A stretch of 62,598 nt of DNA, filler included, from 7 parts of 7 records of this genome joined end to end with filler, not necessarily neighbours in it, one strand, 5' to 3'. Shown: positions 46,731-59,845, counted from the whole stretch's first letter. The notes: generated by a model from the sequence alone, not told the origin. Numbers and translations are program-made.

Positions 46731-48103
46731 AGCGTGCTCCCTCCGAAGTGATAGTTGTTCTGGTAACGACTGAGCATGCGGGCGGAAAGCTGCTGACGCA
46801 TGTAGCTCATCTGACGATCGACAACCAGCAGCGCATCCTGCTGTACCTGCACCTGTGACTGAAACGCCGCAATCTGCCGGGTGGCATCATTCATGTTGTC
46901 GTTAATATGCCCGATAACCGCTTCGTCATAATTTCCCGTGGCCACCATCGCCCGTGCCTGCTGTATCAGCTCCTGAATGTACTGCAGCAGGATGTCGTAA
47001 CCGATATAGTCCGTCAGCTGGTAAATCATACTGTTGGAAACACCGAGCATCTGCGGGTCAACCAGGTATTTGAAGACGGGGATGGTGGTACTGGAAATAA
47101 AGCCTTTTTCCTTGTCATCCAGAGGCGTGTCACTGACAGCCTTGTTCTGAATGCTGGCCAGAAGTTTAGTAATCTGAGACTTCAGTGCATTATCCCGGCT
47201 GATGGTCACCGGTGTGTCTGCCACCACTTTCAGGCATTTATCAGAATCGTTGCAGTGAGAAATTTTTGCTGTGCCGCCTTCCATCATGGCCCGGATAATT
47301 GAACGGTCAGTGGTTCTGGCTGACAGCGGTGTGATTTCGCCGTTGGGACCAAACACCAGTGAGCCGGTCAGCGTCATCACAAACTCTTTCAGCTCTTTGT
47401 TGCCGTCAAACATTCTGTTTTTGGAAAGCGCATTCCACATGATGTTGATGTTTTTGGTCACCCGCTCCTTATCCTTGTCGCTGGCTTTATCCCTGACGCT
47501 GTCAGATTTCCCGCCAACGGTACATCCCTGCCGGGAAGCCGCCCAGTCAGCAAAAATATTGCTCTCACCGGCAATGTCCTGACAGACTTTTTGCTGGGAC
47601 ACCTGCGTCCGGGGGAAAAGCCCGCCGATAATCCCCTGTGCAGCCTGGCAGGAACTGAGGTTCATACTGTTAATGTCGCTTGCCATTTTCTGCAGGAAGT
47701 CTTTTGCGGTTTTTATTTCCGGCACCGTTGTCTGCAGGGCAAGGTCAAAAAAGTAACCGGCAGCATTGCTCATAATCTGCTTAACAAAACGCTGCAACTG
47801 CTCACCATTAATAAAACTGAACGAGCCGAGATAGGCGTCGATGCCGCCACATCCAGCATTGATATCCGGCAGCGTCATGGAAATTAGCTGAACATTTTTG
47901 ACCTGAGTACGGGCATACAGGGAGCCACCGTAAGCATAGCCGGCGGCCTGCCCCTGCCAGACGCCCGGCTGTGTGGTATTGGAAGCAAATCCCAGCTTAT
48001 TAAAGAACTGATTCATGTCGCTGTTCACATCCGCTGACGCTGCAGGCGTCACCGTCAGTAAGGCGGCACAAAGAACCAGAAGAGGTTTAATGCGTGGCAT
48101 CAT
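46727..48103 (-). CDS. traH: Pilus assembly protein TraH
   Basis: AGCGGIDAYLGSFSFIN motif. Confidence 0.97.
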   Translation of the reverse strand: MMPRIKPLLVLCAALLTVTPAASADVNSDMNQFFNKLGFASNTTQPGVWQGQAAGYAYGGSLYARTQVKNVQLISMTLPDINAGCGGIDAYLGSFSFINGEQLQRFVKQIMSNAAGYFFDLALQTTVPEIKTAKDFLQKMASDINSMNLSSCQAAQGIIGGLFPRTQVSQQKVCQDIAGESNIFADWAASRQGCTVGGKSDSVRDKASDKDKERVTKNINIMWNALSKNRMFDGNKELKEFVMTLTGSLVFGPNGEITPLSARTTDRSIIRAMMEGGTAKISHCNDSDKCLKVVADTPVTISRDNALKSQITKLLASIQNKAVSDTPLDDKEKGFISSTTIPVFKYLVDPQMLGVSNSMIYQLTDYIGYDILLQYIQELIQQARAMVATGNYDEAVIGHINDNMNDATRQIAAFQSQVQVQQDALLVVDRQMSYMRQQLSARMLSRYQNNYHFGGSTL

Positions 48104-48480
48104 TCTTGCCCTCCCTTAATGTGTTCTCCCGGTGCATACGACATTTCAGCAGGAATATCTCGATATTTCCGTATATTAATTCGTACATTGGGGACAGAAA
48201 AAAATGTAACAAGAAACCCGGCTGCAAGCGCATATAACGTATACGGAATGGCATATATCAGGATATTCCACATATAACTCGAATTATTTAATTCCGGGTC
48301 CGCTTTCCACGAATCAATACAGGCATCAAAAATAATATCCATAACTGTCCATAAAACAATTCCGGCAGTCAGGAATACCAGAGACAATCCAGCATACCTG
48401 CCAGTAATTCTGGAAATGTATTTATAATCTCGTTCTGTACTTCTGATTTTGAGTTCAGGATTACTTTTATTTTCTCTCAT
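48100..48480 (-). CDS. trbF: TrbF
   Basis: MRENKSNPELKI..., between trbJ and traH. Confidence 0.85.
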   Translation of the reverse strand: MRENKSNPELKIRSTERDYKYISRITGRYAGLSLVFLTAGIVLWTVMDIIFDACIDSWKADPELNNSSYMWNILIYAIPYTLYALAAGFLVTFFSVPNVRINIRKYRDIPAEMSYAPGEHIKGGQE

Positions 48481-48748
48481 TATAAGTTCCCTCTGATATT
48501 TCCGATGATTCATTCAGACCGGTCATGCGGCTGTAATATATTTCAGACACCGAAATCCATCCCACAATTGCCCCCACAAAAAACACAACAGAAACAGAAA
48601 AGGTAAGACTCAGCGAAACGACAATTTCTACAGGGCTGGCGGGATAAAAAAGCCCCTGACGGATAAAGGGGATATTCAGGCTGACGATTATTCCCGTCAC
48701 GATGCCGGATATTCCGGCAATGAGTAACACCACCTGCTTATTTCGCAC
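48467..48748 (-). CDS. trbJ: TrbJ (GTG start)
   Basis: (M)RNKQVVLLIAGISG..., 93 aa, synteny. Confidence 0.8.
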   Translation of the reverse strand: MRNKQVVLLIAGISGIVTGIIVSLNIPFIRQGLFYPASPVEIVVSLSLTFSVSVVFFVGAIVGWISVSEIYYSRMTGLNESSEISEGTYNERK

Positions 48749-49282
48749 CTTTTTTTCCTCCGTACATCTGCAAAACGGTATCCACCCGCGCCATAAAACC
48801 GGCGGCATCCGTTGCCCCCTGTAAAAGCGGTAATGCCTCAAGCGTGTTGACGTTGACCAGGAAGGTGGTCGGTGTGGCCACCGGGATATTCGGGAAGAAG
48901 GTCTGCATCACGTCCGGTGGCACCGGTAATGCTTCAGGAAAGGCCGTATCCCCCTGACCATCCAGGGTGTAGGAAAAACGGAAAAGCCGTACTGCTGTGC
49001 CAGCTGTTTCAGTACCGGGTCAAACTGGTGACAGTAAGGGCAATGCCCCTGCATAAACAGCACCACCTTCCAGTCGGCCAGGTTAACCTGCCTGCCATTA
49101 CTGAGACGGAACCAGCGGGGAGCCGGCTTTGCTGTCCTGGCTGACGTGCCTGCTGCCGGTTGTGCAGGCTGCGTAGCCATACCCTGCGGATTCCAGAGTC
49201 GCTCTATTTCATCCCGGGTGGAGGCCTGCACAGCAGCGGCGCTCAGCAACAGGGTGAACAGCAGTGATTTAGTGAGAGACAT
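48738..49282 (-). CDS. trbB: Thioredoxin-like disulfide isomerase TrbB, 1-nt frameshift near 48975 (likely artefact)
   Basis: CPYC motif in ORF 48908-49282; C-terminus in ORF 48738-48923; span of 545 nt is one short of a multiple of 3. Confidence 0.88.
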
Positions 49283-49553
49283 GTCCGCCCTCCTGCTGCC
49301 CTTCCATCATGGCCTGTTGCCTGGCTTCCAGTGCCTCACGCTCTTCCCGGCTGACACGGGCAATCCATGCATCCAGCACCTGGTATGCGCCGAACAGTAC
49401 GAGAATGGCCGCAATCAGCTCCGCCAGAAAAAAAGCCATCCAGGGTTTGCTGTAAACAAGACGGGCGACGATATGAAACCAGACACCCAGGGAAAATACC
49501 CACATTCCCGTAATATCAAGCCGGGGTAAAGAGAATCTGCGTTTACTTATCAT
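49269..49553 (-). CDS. traQ: Pilin chaperone TraQ
   Basis: MISKRRFSLPRLDITGMWVFSLGVWFHIV. Confidence 0.93.
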   Translation of the reverse strand: MISKRRFSLPRLDITGMWVFSLGVWFHIVARLVYSKPWMAFFLAELIAAILVLFGAYQVLDAWIARVSREEREALEARQQAMMEGQQEGGHVSH

Positions 49554-49633
49554 GTTAAACTCCGGTTATTATTTACATGAGAGTATTCATGTCTGTAATA
49601 TTCGCGTTTGTGTGATATTAATCAGAGGTACAA

Positions 49634-49948
49634 ATGGAAAAGCGATCTTTTAAAGAAAAACTGGAAATAATCAGAAACATAATAAGAGAGTCGTTACTGG
49701 GAAATGCGGCAATTATTGCGCTGATATATGCAGCATCACATTCATTACCGGTCAATGCTTTCCCTGACTATCTTGTAATAAGTTTATTAAGTATCGCAGC
49801 AGGCATCGTTGTATTATGGTTATTTTCAATTATCTATATTTATTTTTGTGAGCTATTCAGAAGCCACTGGATTGCGGTATGGTTTATCATATGGTCTTCA
49901 GTAATCAACCTCATTATTTTGTATGGTTTTTATGACCGTTTTATATGA
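49634..49948 (+). CDS. artA: ArtA (membrane protein, oriented opposite to tra)
   Basis: 104 aa, antisense orientation between trbA and traQ as in F. Confidence 0.85.
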   Translation: MEKRSFKEKLEIIRNIIRESLLGNAAIIALIYAASHSLPVNAFPDYLVISLLSIAAGIVVLWLFSIIYIYFCELFRSHWIAVWFIIWSSVINLIILYGFYDRFI

Positions 49949-49949
49949 C

Positions 49950-50297
49950 TTAGCCTGTCATAAGCCCCCTTATAAAAAACCACATCACTCCGGACCATAC
50001 CGATGACAACATAATACAGATAAATATTCTTCTGAACCTGTCGAAGCTCGTAACGTCCGGTAATGCGGCCGCAACTATTGAAACAACCAGTGCTGCGCCC
50101 TGACTCATAATTGCACCACACAGAAACCAGAGACTGGCGGTAAGCACATATAAACACGCGATATTAACAACAAGGAAAACCAGTGAGCTCAGGAGAAACA
50201 TTTTCCTGTCATTACGCTCAGAAAAGAAATAACCGGCAATAATGACAAATATTAACAGAACAACACCTGTAAACATTTTCAAATAATCTTCACTCAT
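49950..50297 (-). CDS. trbA: TrbA
   Basis: 115-aa hydrophobic protein downstream of traF. Confidence 0.85.
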   Translation of the reverse strand: MSEDYLKMFTGVVLLIFVIIAGYFFSERNDRKMFLLSSLVFLVVNIACLYVLTASLWFLCGAIMSQGAALVVSIVAAALPDVTSFDRFRRIFICIMLSSVWSGVMWFFIRGLMTG

Positions 50298-50312
50298 AAA
50301 TCAAATCCGCGA

Positions 50313-50957
50313 TTAAAAATTGGGTTTAAAATCTTCAGAAACGTTCAGGAACTGTTTTGCCAGGTCGTCCTGCGAAATAAAGCCGTATGATAACGGGCGA
50401 ACACTGCCCTGTTTCGGGTCAACCAGCATCATGGCCGGGAAATATTTCACGCCGAGGCGCTGCGCCTGCCCCTGGTCAGTCCGGGAATCCGGCAACAGCG
50501 GATTAATCACGCCATCCACGGAAACGGGAATAACACTCAGACCATACGTATCCCGGAAGCCATTAATGACCTGCGCCAGTTGCCCGTCGATGGGGTCCTG
50601 CCCCCGGTAAAAAAACATGATGCCGTAGTGTTCAGCCAGTTTCGCAATGGCCTGTCGCTGCTGCGCCTGGTCTGCTGCCAGCTGGTTCCGTACCGTGCCG
50701 TTGTAATGACTGTACTGCAGGTTATAGTCCAGTTCAGGATGTGCCAGCATGGCCTTTCTGGCGCTCATGGTGAAAAGCCCGGCCTGCTGAGCCCAGTAAT
50801 TTTGCAGCCGGAAATATTTCACAAAATTATCCACGCCGGGATACAGAATGGCTTCGTACAGCGCCCGCTTTGTTGCCGTCTGCAGTGCGGCCAGTTTCTG
50901 CATAATATCCGGTTCCTGACGGGGGGCTGCAGGTACAGGTTTATTTTCTTTTTCCTT
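50313..50957 (-). CDS. traF: Pilus assembly protein TraF (5'-truncated)
   Basis: Thioredoxin-like fold lacking CXXC; YGIMFFYRG...YGFISQDDL. Confidence 0.93.
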   Translation of the reverse strand, partial: KEKENKPVPAAPRQEPDIMQKLAALQTATKRALYEAILYPGVDNFVKYFRLQNYWAQQAGLFTMSARKAMLAHPELDYNLQYSHYNGTVRNQLAADQAQQRQAIAKLAEHYGIMFFYRGQDPIDGQLAQVINGFRDTYGLSVIPVSVDGVINPLLPDSRTDQGQAQRLGVKYFPAMMLVDPKQGSVRPLSYGFISQDDLAKQFLNVSEDFKPNF

Positions 50958-51057
50958 NNNNNNNNNNNNNNNNNNNNNNNNNNNNNNNNNNNNNNNNNNN
51001 NTTAATTAATTAANNNNNNNNNNNNNNNNNNNNNNNNNNNNNNNNNNNNNNNNNNNN
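50958..51057. other. Artificial contig spacer
   Basis: N44-TTAATTAATTAA-N44. Confidence 0.98.
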
Positions 51058-51256
51058 TCATTTGTTTTTCATTAGGTTGGTTAATCTATTTTGTTGTTAA
51101 AGACTATTGCTAAAACAGGTTAGTCGATTTGGTTATTAGTTATCGCTATCCCGTCTTTAATCCACACCGTTTGCCCCGTTAACCTTACCTTCTCTTCTGT
51201 TTTATGGGCGCTGACAGGGCGCAGAAACAGCTTTGCTTACTGGAACATAACGACGC

Positions 51257-53055
51257 ATGACGACACAGGTCCCACCTTCCGCGTTGCTTCCGTTGAACCC
51301 GGAGCAACTGGCACGCCTTCAGGCGGCCACGACCGATTTAACTCCCACCCAGCTTGCCTGGGTTTCTGGCTATTTCTGGGGCGTACTCAATCAGCAGCCT
51401 GCTGCGCTTGCAGCGACGCCAGCGCCAGCCGCAGAAATGCCGGGTATAACTATTATCTCCGCCTCGCAAACCGGCAATGCGCGCCGGGTTGCTGAAGCAT
51501 TACGTGATGATTTATTAGCAGCAAAACTGAACGTTAAGCTGGTGAACGCGGGCGACTATAAATTCAAACAAATCGCCAGCGAAAAACTGCTCATCGTAGT
51601 GACGTCAACGCAAGGGGAAGGGGAACCGCCGGAAGAAGCCGTCGCGCTGCATAAGTTCCTGTTCTCCAAAAAAGCGCCAAAGCTGGAAAACACCGCGTTT
51701 GCCGTGTTTAGCCTCGGCGATAGCTCTTATGAATTTTTCTGCCAGTCCGGGAAAGATTTCGACAGCAAGCTGGCGGAACTGGGTGGTGAACGCCTGCTCG
51801 ACCGTGTCGATGCCGATGTTGAATACCAGGCTGCTGCCAGCGAGTGGCGCGCCCGCGTGGTTGATGCGCTTAAATCGCGTGCGCCTGTCGCGGCACCTTC
51901 GCAATCCGTCGCTACTGGCGCGGTAAATGAAATCCACACCAGCCCGTACAGCAAAGACGCGCCGCTGGTGGCTAGCCTCTCTGTTAACCAGAAAATTACC
52001 GGGCGTAACTCTGAAAAAGACGTTCGCCATATCGAAATTGACTTAGGTGACTCGGGCATGCGTTACCAGCCGGGTGACGCGCTGGGCGTCTGGTATCAGA
52101 ACGATCCGGCACTGGTGAAAGAACTTGTCGAACTGCTGTGGCTGAAAGGCGATGAACCTGTCACCGTCGAGGGCAAAACGTTGCCTCTGAACGAAGCGCT
52201 ACAGTGGCACTTCGAACTGACCGTCAACACCGCCAACATTGTTGAGAATTACGCCACGCTTACCCGCAGTGAAACACTGCTGCCGCTGGTGGGCGATAAA
52301 GCGAAGTTACAGCATTACGCCGCGACGACGCCGATTGTTGACATGGTGCGTTTCTCCCCGGCACAGCTTGATGCCGAAGCGCTAATTAATCTGCTGCGCC
52401 CGCTGACGCCGCGTCTGTATTCCATCGCCTCCTCGCAGGCGGAAGTCGAGAACGAAGTACACGTCACCGTTGGTGTGGTGCGTTACGACGTGGAAGGCCG
52501 CGCCCGTGCCGGTGGTGCCTCCAGCTTCCTCGCTGACCGCGTGGAAGAAGAGGGCGAAGTCCGCGTATTTATCGAACATAACGATAACTTCCGCCTGCCA
52601 GCCAATCCAGAAACCCCGGTGATTATGATTGGCCCAGGCACCGGTATTGCGCCGTTCCGCGCCTTTATGCAGCAACGCGCCGCCGACGAAGCGCCAGGTA
52701 AAAACTGGCTGTTCTTTGGTAATCCGCACTTTACGGAAGACTTCCTGTACCAGGTGGAGTGGCAGCGCTACGTCAAAGATGGCGTGCTGACACGTATCGA
52801 TCTTGCCTGGTCGCGCGATCAAAAGAAAAAGTTTACGTACAAGACAAACTGCGCGAACAGGGCGCGGAGCTGTGGCGCTGGATCAATGATGGTGCCCACA
52901 TTTATGTCTGCGGCGACGCTAATCGCATGGCGAAAGACGTTGAGCAGGCACTTCTGGAAGTGATTGCCGAATTTGGTGGCATGGACACCGAAGCGGCGGA
53001 TGAATTTTTAAGTGAGCTGCGCGTAGAGCGCCGTTATCAGCGAGATGTCTACTAA
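51257..53055 (+). CDS. cysJ: Sulfite reductase flavoprotein, 1-nt frameshift at about 52821 (likely artefact)
   Basis: [14 protein letters not shown] and GPGTGIAPF motifs; C-terminus ...RYQRDVY is in another frame after an A4 run. Confidence 0.95.
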
Positions 53056-54767
53056 TGAGCGAAAAACATCCAGGGCCTTTAGTGGTCGAAGGAAAACTGA
53101 CAGACGCCGAGCGCATGAAGCATGAAAGCAACTACCTGCGCGGCACCATTGCGGAAGATTTAAACGACGGTCTGACCGGCGGCTTTAAGGGCGACAACTT
53201 CCTGCTGATTCGCTTCCACGGCATGTATCAGCAGGATGACCGCGACATCCGCGCCGAACGTGCTGAACAGAAGCTGGAGCCGCGCCACGCGATGCTGCTT
53301 CGCTGTCGTCTGCCGGGTGGGGTGATTACCACTAAACAGTGGCAGGCGATCGACAAATTTGCCGGTGAAAACACCATCTATGGCAGCATTCGCCTGACCA
53401 ACCGCCAGACGTTTCAGTTCCACGGCATTCTGAAAAAGAACGTCAAACCGGTGCACCAGATGCTGCACTCGGTCGGTCTTGATGCGCTGGCGACAGCTAA
53501 CGACATGAACCGTAACGTACTCTGCACCTCGAACCCTTACGAGTCGCAGCTGCACGCGGAAGCGTACGAGTGGGCGAAGAAGATTTCTGAGCATCTGTTG
53601 CCTCGTACCCGCGCGTATGCGGAGATCTGGCTCGACCAGGAAAAAGTCGCCACTACTGATGAAGAACCGATCCTCGGCCAGACCTACCTGCCGCGTAAAT
53701 TCAAAACCACGGTAGTGATCCCGCCACAGAACGATATCGATCTGCACGCCAACGACATGAACTTCGTGGCGATCGCCGAAAACGGCAAGCTGGTGGGCTT
53801 TAACCTGTTGGTGGGCGGTGGGCTTTCCATCGAACACGGCAACAAGAAAACCTACGCCCGCACCGCGAGTGAGTTTGGCTATCTGCCGCTGGAGCATACG
53901 CTGGCGGTGGCCGAAGCCGTCGTGACAACTCAGCGTGACTGGGGTAACCGAACCGATCGTAAAAATGCCAAAACCAAATACACGCTGGAGCGCGTGGGGG
54001 TTGAGACGTTTAAAGCGGAAGTGGAGCGTCGCGCGGGGATCAAATTTGAACCGATCCGTCCATATGAGTTCACCGGACGAGGCGATCGTATTGGCTGGGT
54101 TAAGGGCATTGATGATAACTGGCACCTGACGCTGTTTATCGAAAATGGTCGCATCCTTGATTATCCGGCGCGTCCGCTGAAAACCGGCCTGCTGGAGATC
54201 GCGAAGATCCACAAAGGCGATTTCCGCATTACGGCGAACCAGAATCTGATCATCGCCGGTGTACCGGAAAGCGAGAAAGCGAAGATCGAGAAGATCGCCA
54301 AAGAGAGCGGGTTAATGAATGCCGTCACGCCGCAGCGTGAAAACTCGATGGCTTGCGTGTCATTCCCGACTTGCCCGCTGGCGATGGCGGAAGCAGAGCG
54401 TTTCCTGCCGTCTTTTATCGACAACATCGATAATTTAATGGCGAAACATGGTGTCAGCGATGAGCATATCGTGATGCGTGTAACAGGCTGCCCGAACGGT
54501 TGTGGTCGCGCGATGCTGGCGGAAGTGGGCCTGGTGGGTAAAGCGCCGGGTCGCTACAACCTGCATCTTGGCGGCAACCGCATTGGGACACGTATCCCAC
54601 GGATGTATAAAGAAAACATCACCGAGCCGGAAATCCTGGCGTCGCTTGATGAACTGATAGGGCGCTGGGCGAAAGAGCGCGAAGCGGGTGAAGGCTTCGG
54701 CGACTTTACGGTGCGTGCGGGCATCATTCGCCCGGTGCTCGATCCGGCGCGTGATTTGTGGGATTAA
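53055..54767 (+). CDS. cysI: Sulfite reductase hemoprotein
   Basis: CVSFPTC and TGCPNGC siroheme/Fe-S motifs. Confidence 0.98.
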
Positions 54768-54780
54768 CCATCAGCCCGGT

Positions 54781-54822
54781 CTTGTAGGCCTGATAAGAAC
54801 GCGTGAGCGTCGCATCAGGCAA
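54781..54822. repeat. REP between cysI and cysH
   Basis: TGTAGGCCTGATAAGAACGCGTGAGCGTCGCATCAGGC. Confidence 0.85.
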
Positions 54823-54841
54823 GGCAAACAGTGAGGAATCT

Positions 54842-55576
54842 ATGTCCAAACTCGATCTAAACGCCCTGAACGAACTGCCGAAGGTAGATCGCATTCTGGC
54901 GCTGGCGGAAACTAACGCCGAACTGGAAAAACTGGACGCTGAAGGCCGCGTAGCCTGGGCGCTGGATAATCTGCCCGGTGAATATGTACTTTCTTCCAGC
55001 TTTGGCATTCAGGCGGCGGTGAGCCTGCATCTGGTGAATCAAATTCGCCCGGATATTCCGGTGATCCTCACCGATACGGGTTACTTGTTCCCGGAAACCT
55101 ACCGCTTTATTGACGAGTTAACGGACAAACTCAAGCTCAACCTGAAAGTGTACCGTGCTACCGAAAGCGCAGCCTGGCAGGAAGCACGCTACGGAAAACT
55201 GTGGGAGCAGGGCGTTGAAGGCATTGAAAAGTACAATGACATCAACAAAGTCGAACCGATGAACCGGGCTCTGAAAGAACTGAATGCGCAAACCTGGTTT
55301 GCTGGCCTGCGCCGTGAACAATCCGGCAGTCGTGCCAATTTACCGGTGCTGGCAATTCAGCGTGGCGTATTTAAAGTGCTGCCGATTATCGACTGGGATA
55401 ACCGAACTATTTATCAGTACCTGCAAAAACATGGCCTGAAATATCACCCATTATGGGATGAAGGATATTTATCGGTGGGCGATACCCATACAACCCGTAA
55501 ATGGGAACCCGGCATGGCGGAAGAAGAAACGCGTTTCTTTGGCTTAAAAAGGGAATGTGGGTTACACGAAGGGTAA
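54842..55576 (+). CDS. cysH: PAPS reductase
   Basis: SSSFG and ECGLH motifs; GAGGA Shine-Dalgarno before ATG 54842. Confidence 0.97.
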   Translation: MSKLDLNALNELPKVDRILALAETNAELEKLDAEGRVAWALDNLPGEYVLSSSFGIQAAVSLHLVNQIRPDIPVILTDTGYLFPETYRFIDELTDKLKLNLKVYRATESAAWQEARYGKLWEQGVEGIEKYNDINKVEPMNRALKELNAQTWFAGLRREQSGSRANLPVLAIQRGVFKVLPIIDWDNRTIYQYLQKHGLKYHPLWDEGYLSVGDTHTTRKWEPGMAEEETRFFGLKRECGLHEG

Positions 55577-55749
55577 ATATTGCCGGACAAATTAAACGCC
55601 TCTGTCAGAAATGATGGGGGCGGTTTTTATTTTGCGAGCAGCATTCCTGATTTTAAACGTGAACGCCGCGGGAAGAATTATCAGGTATAGAATGGCGTCG
55701 GGTGCTTGAGGCTGTCTGGCGTTAAGCATTCGCGAGGTTCCAGATGGAC

Positions 55750-55818
55750 AAAAGCCCCAGGCGATATTTCTATCAACCTGAGGCCAGCGTTCGAACCCAA
55801 ACAATTCGAATGTTAGTC
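55750..55818 (-). ncRNA. sokX: Sok-like antisense RNA (sokX) of a relic hok/sok locus
   Basis: Minus strand GACTAACATTCGAA...GCCTCAGG...CCTGGGGCTTTT hairpin and U-tract; boundaries approximate. Confidence 0.65.
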
Positions 55819-55935
55819 TCTTCTTTGCAGGGAGGCAAGACATGTGTATATCACTGTAATTCGATATTTATGAGCAGCATCGAAAAATAGCCCGCTGATA
55901 TCATCGATAATACTAAAAAAACAGGGAGGCTATTA

Positions 55936-58556
55936 ATGGAACCTTTTAAATATATATGCCATTACTGGGGAAAATCCTCAAAAAGCTTGACGAAAGGAAA
56001 TGATATTCATCTGTTAATTTATCATTGCCTTGATGTTGCTGCTGTTGCAGATTGCTGGTGGGATCAATCAGTCGTACTGCAAAATACTTTTTGCCGAAAT
56101 GAAATGCTATCAAAACAGAGGGTGAAGGCCTGGCTGTTATTTTTCATTGCTCTTCATGATATTGGAAAGTTTGATATACGATTCCAATATAAATCAGCAG
56201 AAAGTTGGCTGAAATTAAATCCTGCAACGCCATCACTTAATGGTCCATCAACACAAATGTGCCGTAAATTTAATCATGGTGCAGCCGGTCTGTATTGGTT
56301 TAACCAGGATTCACTTTCAGAGCAATCTCTCGGGGATTTTTTCAGTTTTTTTTGATGCCGCTCCTCATCCTTATGAGTCCTGGTTTCCATGGGTAGAGGC
56401 CGTTACAGGACATCATGGTTTTATATTACATTCCCAGGATCAAGATAAGTCGCGTTGGGAAATGCCAGCTTCTCTGGCATCTTATGCTGCGCAAGATAAA
56501 CAGGCTCGTGAGGAGTGGATATCTGTACTGGAAGCATTATTTTTAACGCCAGCGGGGTTATCTATAAACGATATACCACCTGATTGTTCATCACTGTTAG
56601 CAGGTTTTTGCTCGCTTGCTGACTGGTTAGGCTCCTGGACTACAACGAATACCTTTCTGTTTAATGAGGATGCGCCTTCCGACATAAATGCTCTGAGAAC
56701 GTATTTCCAGGACCGACAGCAGGATGCGAGCCGGGTATTGGAGTTGAGTGGACTTGTATCAAATAAGCGATGTTATGAAGGTGTTCATGCACTACTGGAC
56801 AATGGCTATCAACCCAGACAATTACAGGTGTTAGTTGATGCTCTTCCAGTAGCTCCCGGGCTGACGGTAATAGAGGCACCTACAGGCTCCGGTAAAACGG
56901 AAACAGCGCTGGCCTATGCTTGGAAACTTATTGATCAACAAATTGCGGATAGTGTTATTTTTGCCCTCCCAACACAAGCTACCGCGAATGCTATGCTTAC
57001 GAGAATGGAAGCGAGCGCGAGCCACTTATTTTCATCCCCAAATCTTATTCTTGCTCATGGCAATTCACGGTTTAACCACCTCTTTCAATCAATAAAATCA
57101 CGCGCGATTACTGAACAGGGGCAAGAAGAAGCGTGGGTTCAGTGTTGTCAGTGGTTGTCACAAAGCAATAAGAAAGTGTTTCTTGGGCAAATCGGCGTTT
57201 GCACGATTGATCAGGTGTTGATATCGGTATTGCCAGTTAAACACCGCTTTATCCGTGGTTTGGGAATTGGTCGAAGTGTTTTAATTGTTGATGAAGTTCA
57301 TGCTTACGACACCTATATGAACGGCTTGCTGGAGGCAGTGCTCAAGGCTCAGGCTGATGTGGGAGGGAGTGTTATTCTTCTTTCCGCAACCCTACCAATG
57401 AAACAAAAACAGAAACTTCTGGATACTTATGGTCTGCATACAGATCCAGTGGAAAATAACTCCGCATATCCACTCATTAACTGGCGAGGTGTGAATGGTG
57501 CGCAACGTTTTGATCTGCTAGCTCATCCAGAACAACTCCCGCCCCGCTTTTCGATTCAGCCAGAACCTATTTGTTTAGCTGACATGTTACCTGACCTTAC
57601 GATGTTAGAGCGAATGATCGCAGCGGCAAACGCGGGTGCACAGGTCTGTCTTATTTGCAATTTGGTTGACGTTGCACAAGTATGCTACCAACGGCTAAAG
57701 GAGCTAAATAACACGCAAGTAGATATAGATTTGTTTCATGCGCGCTTTACGCTGAACGATCGTCGTGAAAAAGAGAATCGAGTTATTAGCAATTTCGGCA
57801 AAAATGGGAAGCGAAATGTTGGACGGATACTTGTCGCAACCCAGGTCGTGGAACAATCACTCGACGTTGATTTTGATTGGTTAATTACTCAGCATTGTCC
57901 TGCAGATTTGCTTTTCCAACGATTGGGCCGTTTACATCGCCATCATCGCAAATATCGTCCCGCTGGTTTTGAGATTCCTGTTGCCACCATTTTGCTGCCT
58001 GATGGCGAGGGTTACGGACGACATGAGCATATTTATAGCAACGTTAGAGTCATGTGGCGGACGCAGCAACATATTGAGGAGCTTAATGGAGCATCCTTAT
58101 TTTTCCCTGATGCTTACCGGCAATGGCTGGATAGCATTTACGATGATGCGGAAATGGATGAGCCAGAATGGGTCGGCAATGGCATGGATAAATTTGAAAG
58201 CGCCGAGTGTGAAAAAAGGTTCAAGGCTCGCAAGGTCCTGCAGTGGGCTGAAGAATATAGCTTGCAGGATAACGATGAAACCATTCTTGCGGTAACGAGG
58301 GATGGGGAAATGAGCCTGCCATTATTGCCTTATGTACAAACGTCTTCAGGTAAACAACTGCTCGATGGCCAGGTCTACGAGGACCTAAGTCATGAACAGC
58401 AGTATGAGGCGCTTGCACTTAATCGCGTCAATGTACCCTTCACCTGGAAACGTAGTTTTTCTGAAGTAGTAGATGAAGATGGGTTACTTTGGCTGGAAGG
58501 GAAACAGAATCTGGATGGATGGGTCTGGCAGGGTAACAGTATTGTTATTACCTATA
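55936..58556 (+). CDS. cas3: Type I-E Cas3 nuclease-helicase (YgcB); +1 T frameshift at 56346-56353; truncated at contig end
   Basis: HD motif LHDIGK, APTGSGKT, DEVH, SAT and QRLGRLHR motifs. Confidence 0.95.
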
Positions 58557-58656
58557 NNNNNNNNNNNNNNNNNNNNNNNNNNNNNNNNNNNNNNNNNNNN
58601 TTAATTAATTAANNNNNNNNNNNNNNNNNNNNNNNNNNNNNNNNNNNNNNNNNNNN
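58557..58656. other. Artificial contig spacer
   Basis: N44-TTAATTAATTAA-N44. Confidence 0.98.
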
Positions 58657-59761
<1,105 letters not shown>

Positions 59762-59845
59762 TATTCCCCTCTCCAGTTAATTATTGAGAATAATTATTAC
59801 TTCACCTGATAAGCTGCGGATATCACATTCCTAACCGCAGCTATT

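Larger units (their letters stand above)
39933..50957. mobile_element. F-plasmid (or F'/Hfr) conjugative transfer region, partial
   Basis: Gene order traF-trbA-artA-traQ-trbB-trbJ-trbF-traH-traG-traS-traT-traD; TraD 717 aa and TraG 938 aa as recalled for F. Confidence 0.95.

Noticed and set aside
53160-54212. 350-aa minus-strand ORF
   Set aside because: Antisense shadow of cysI.
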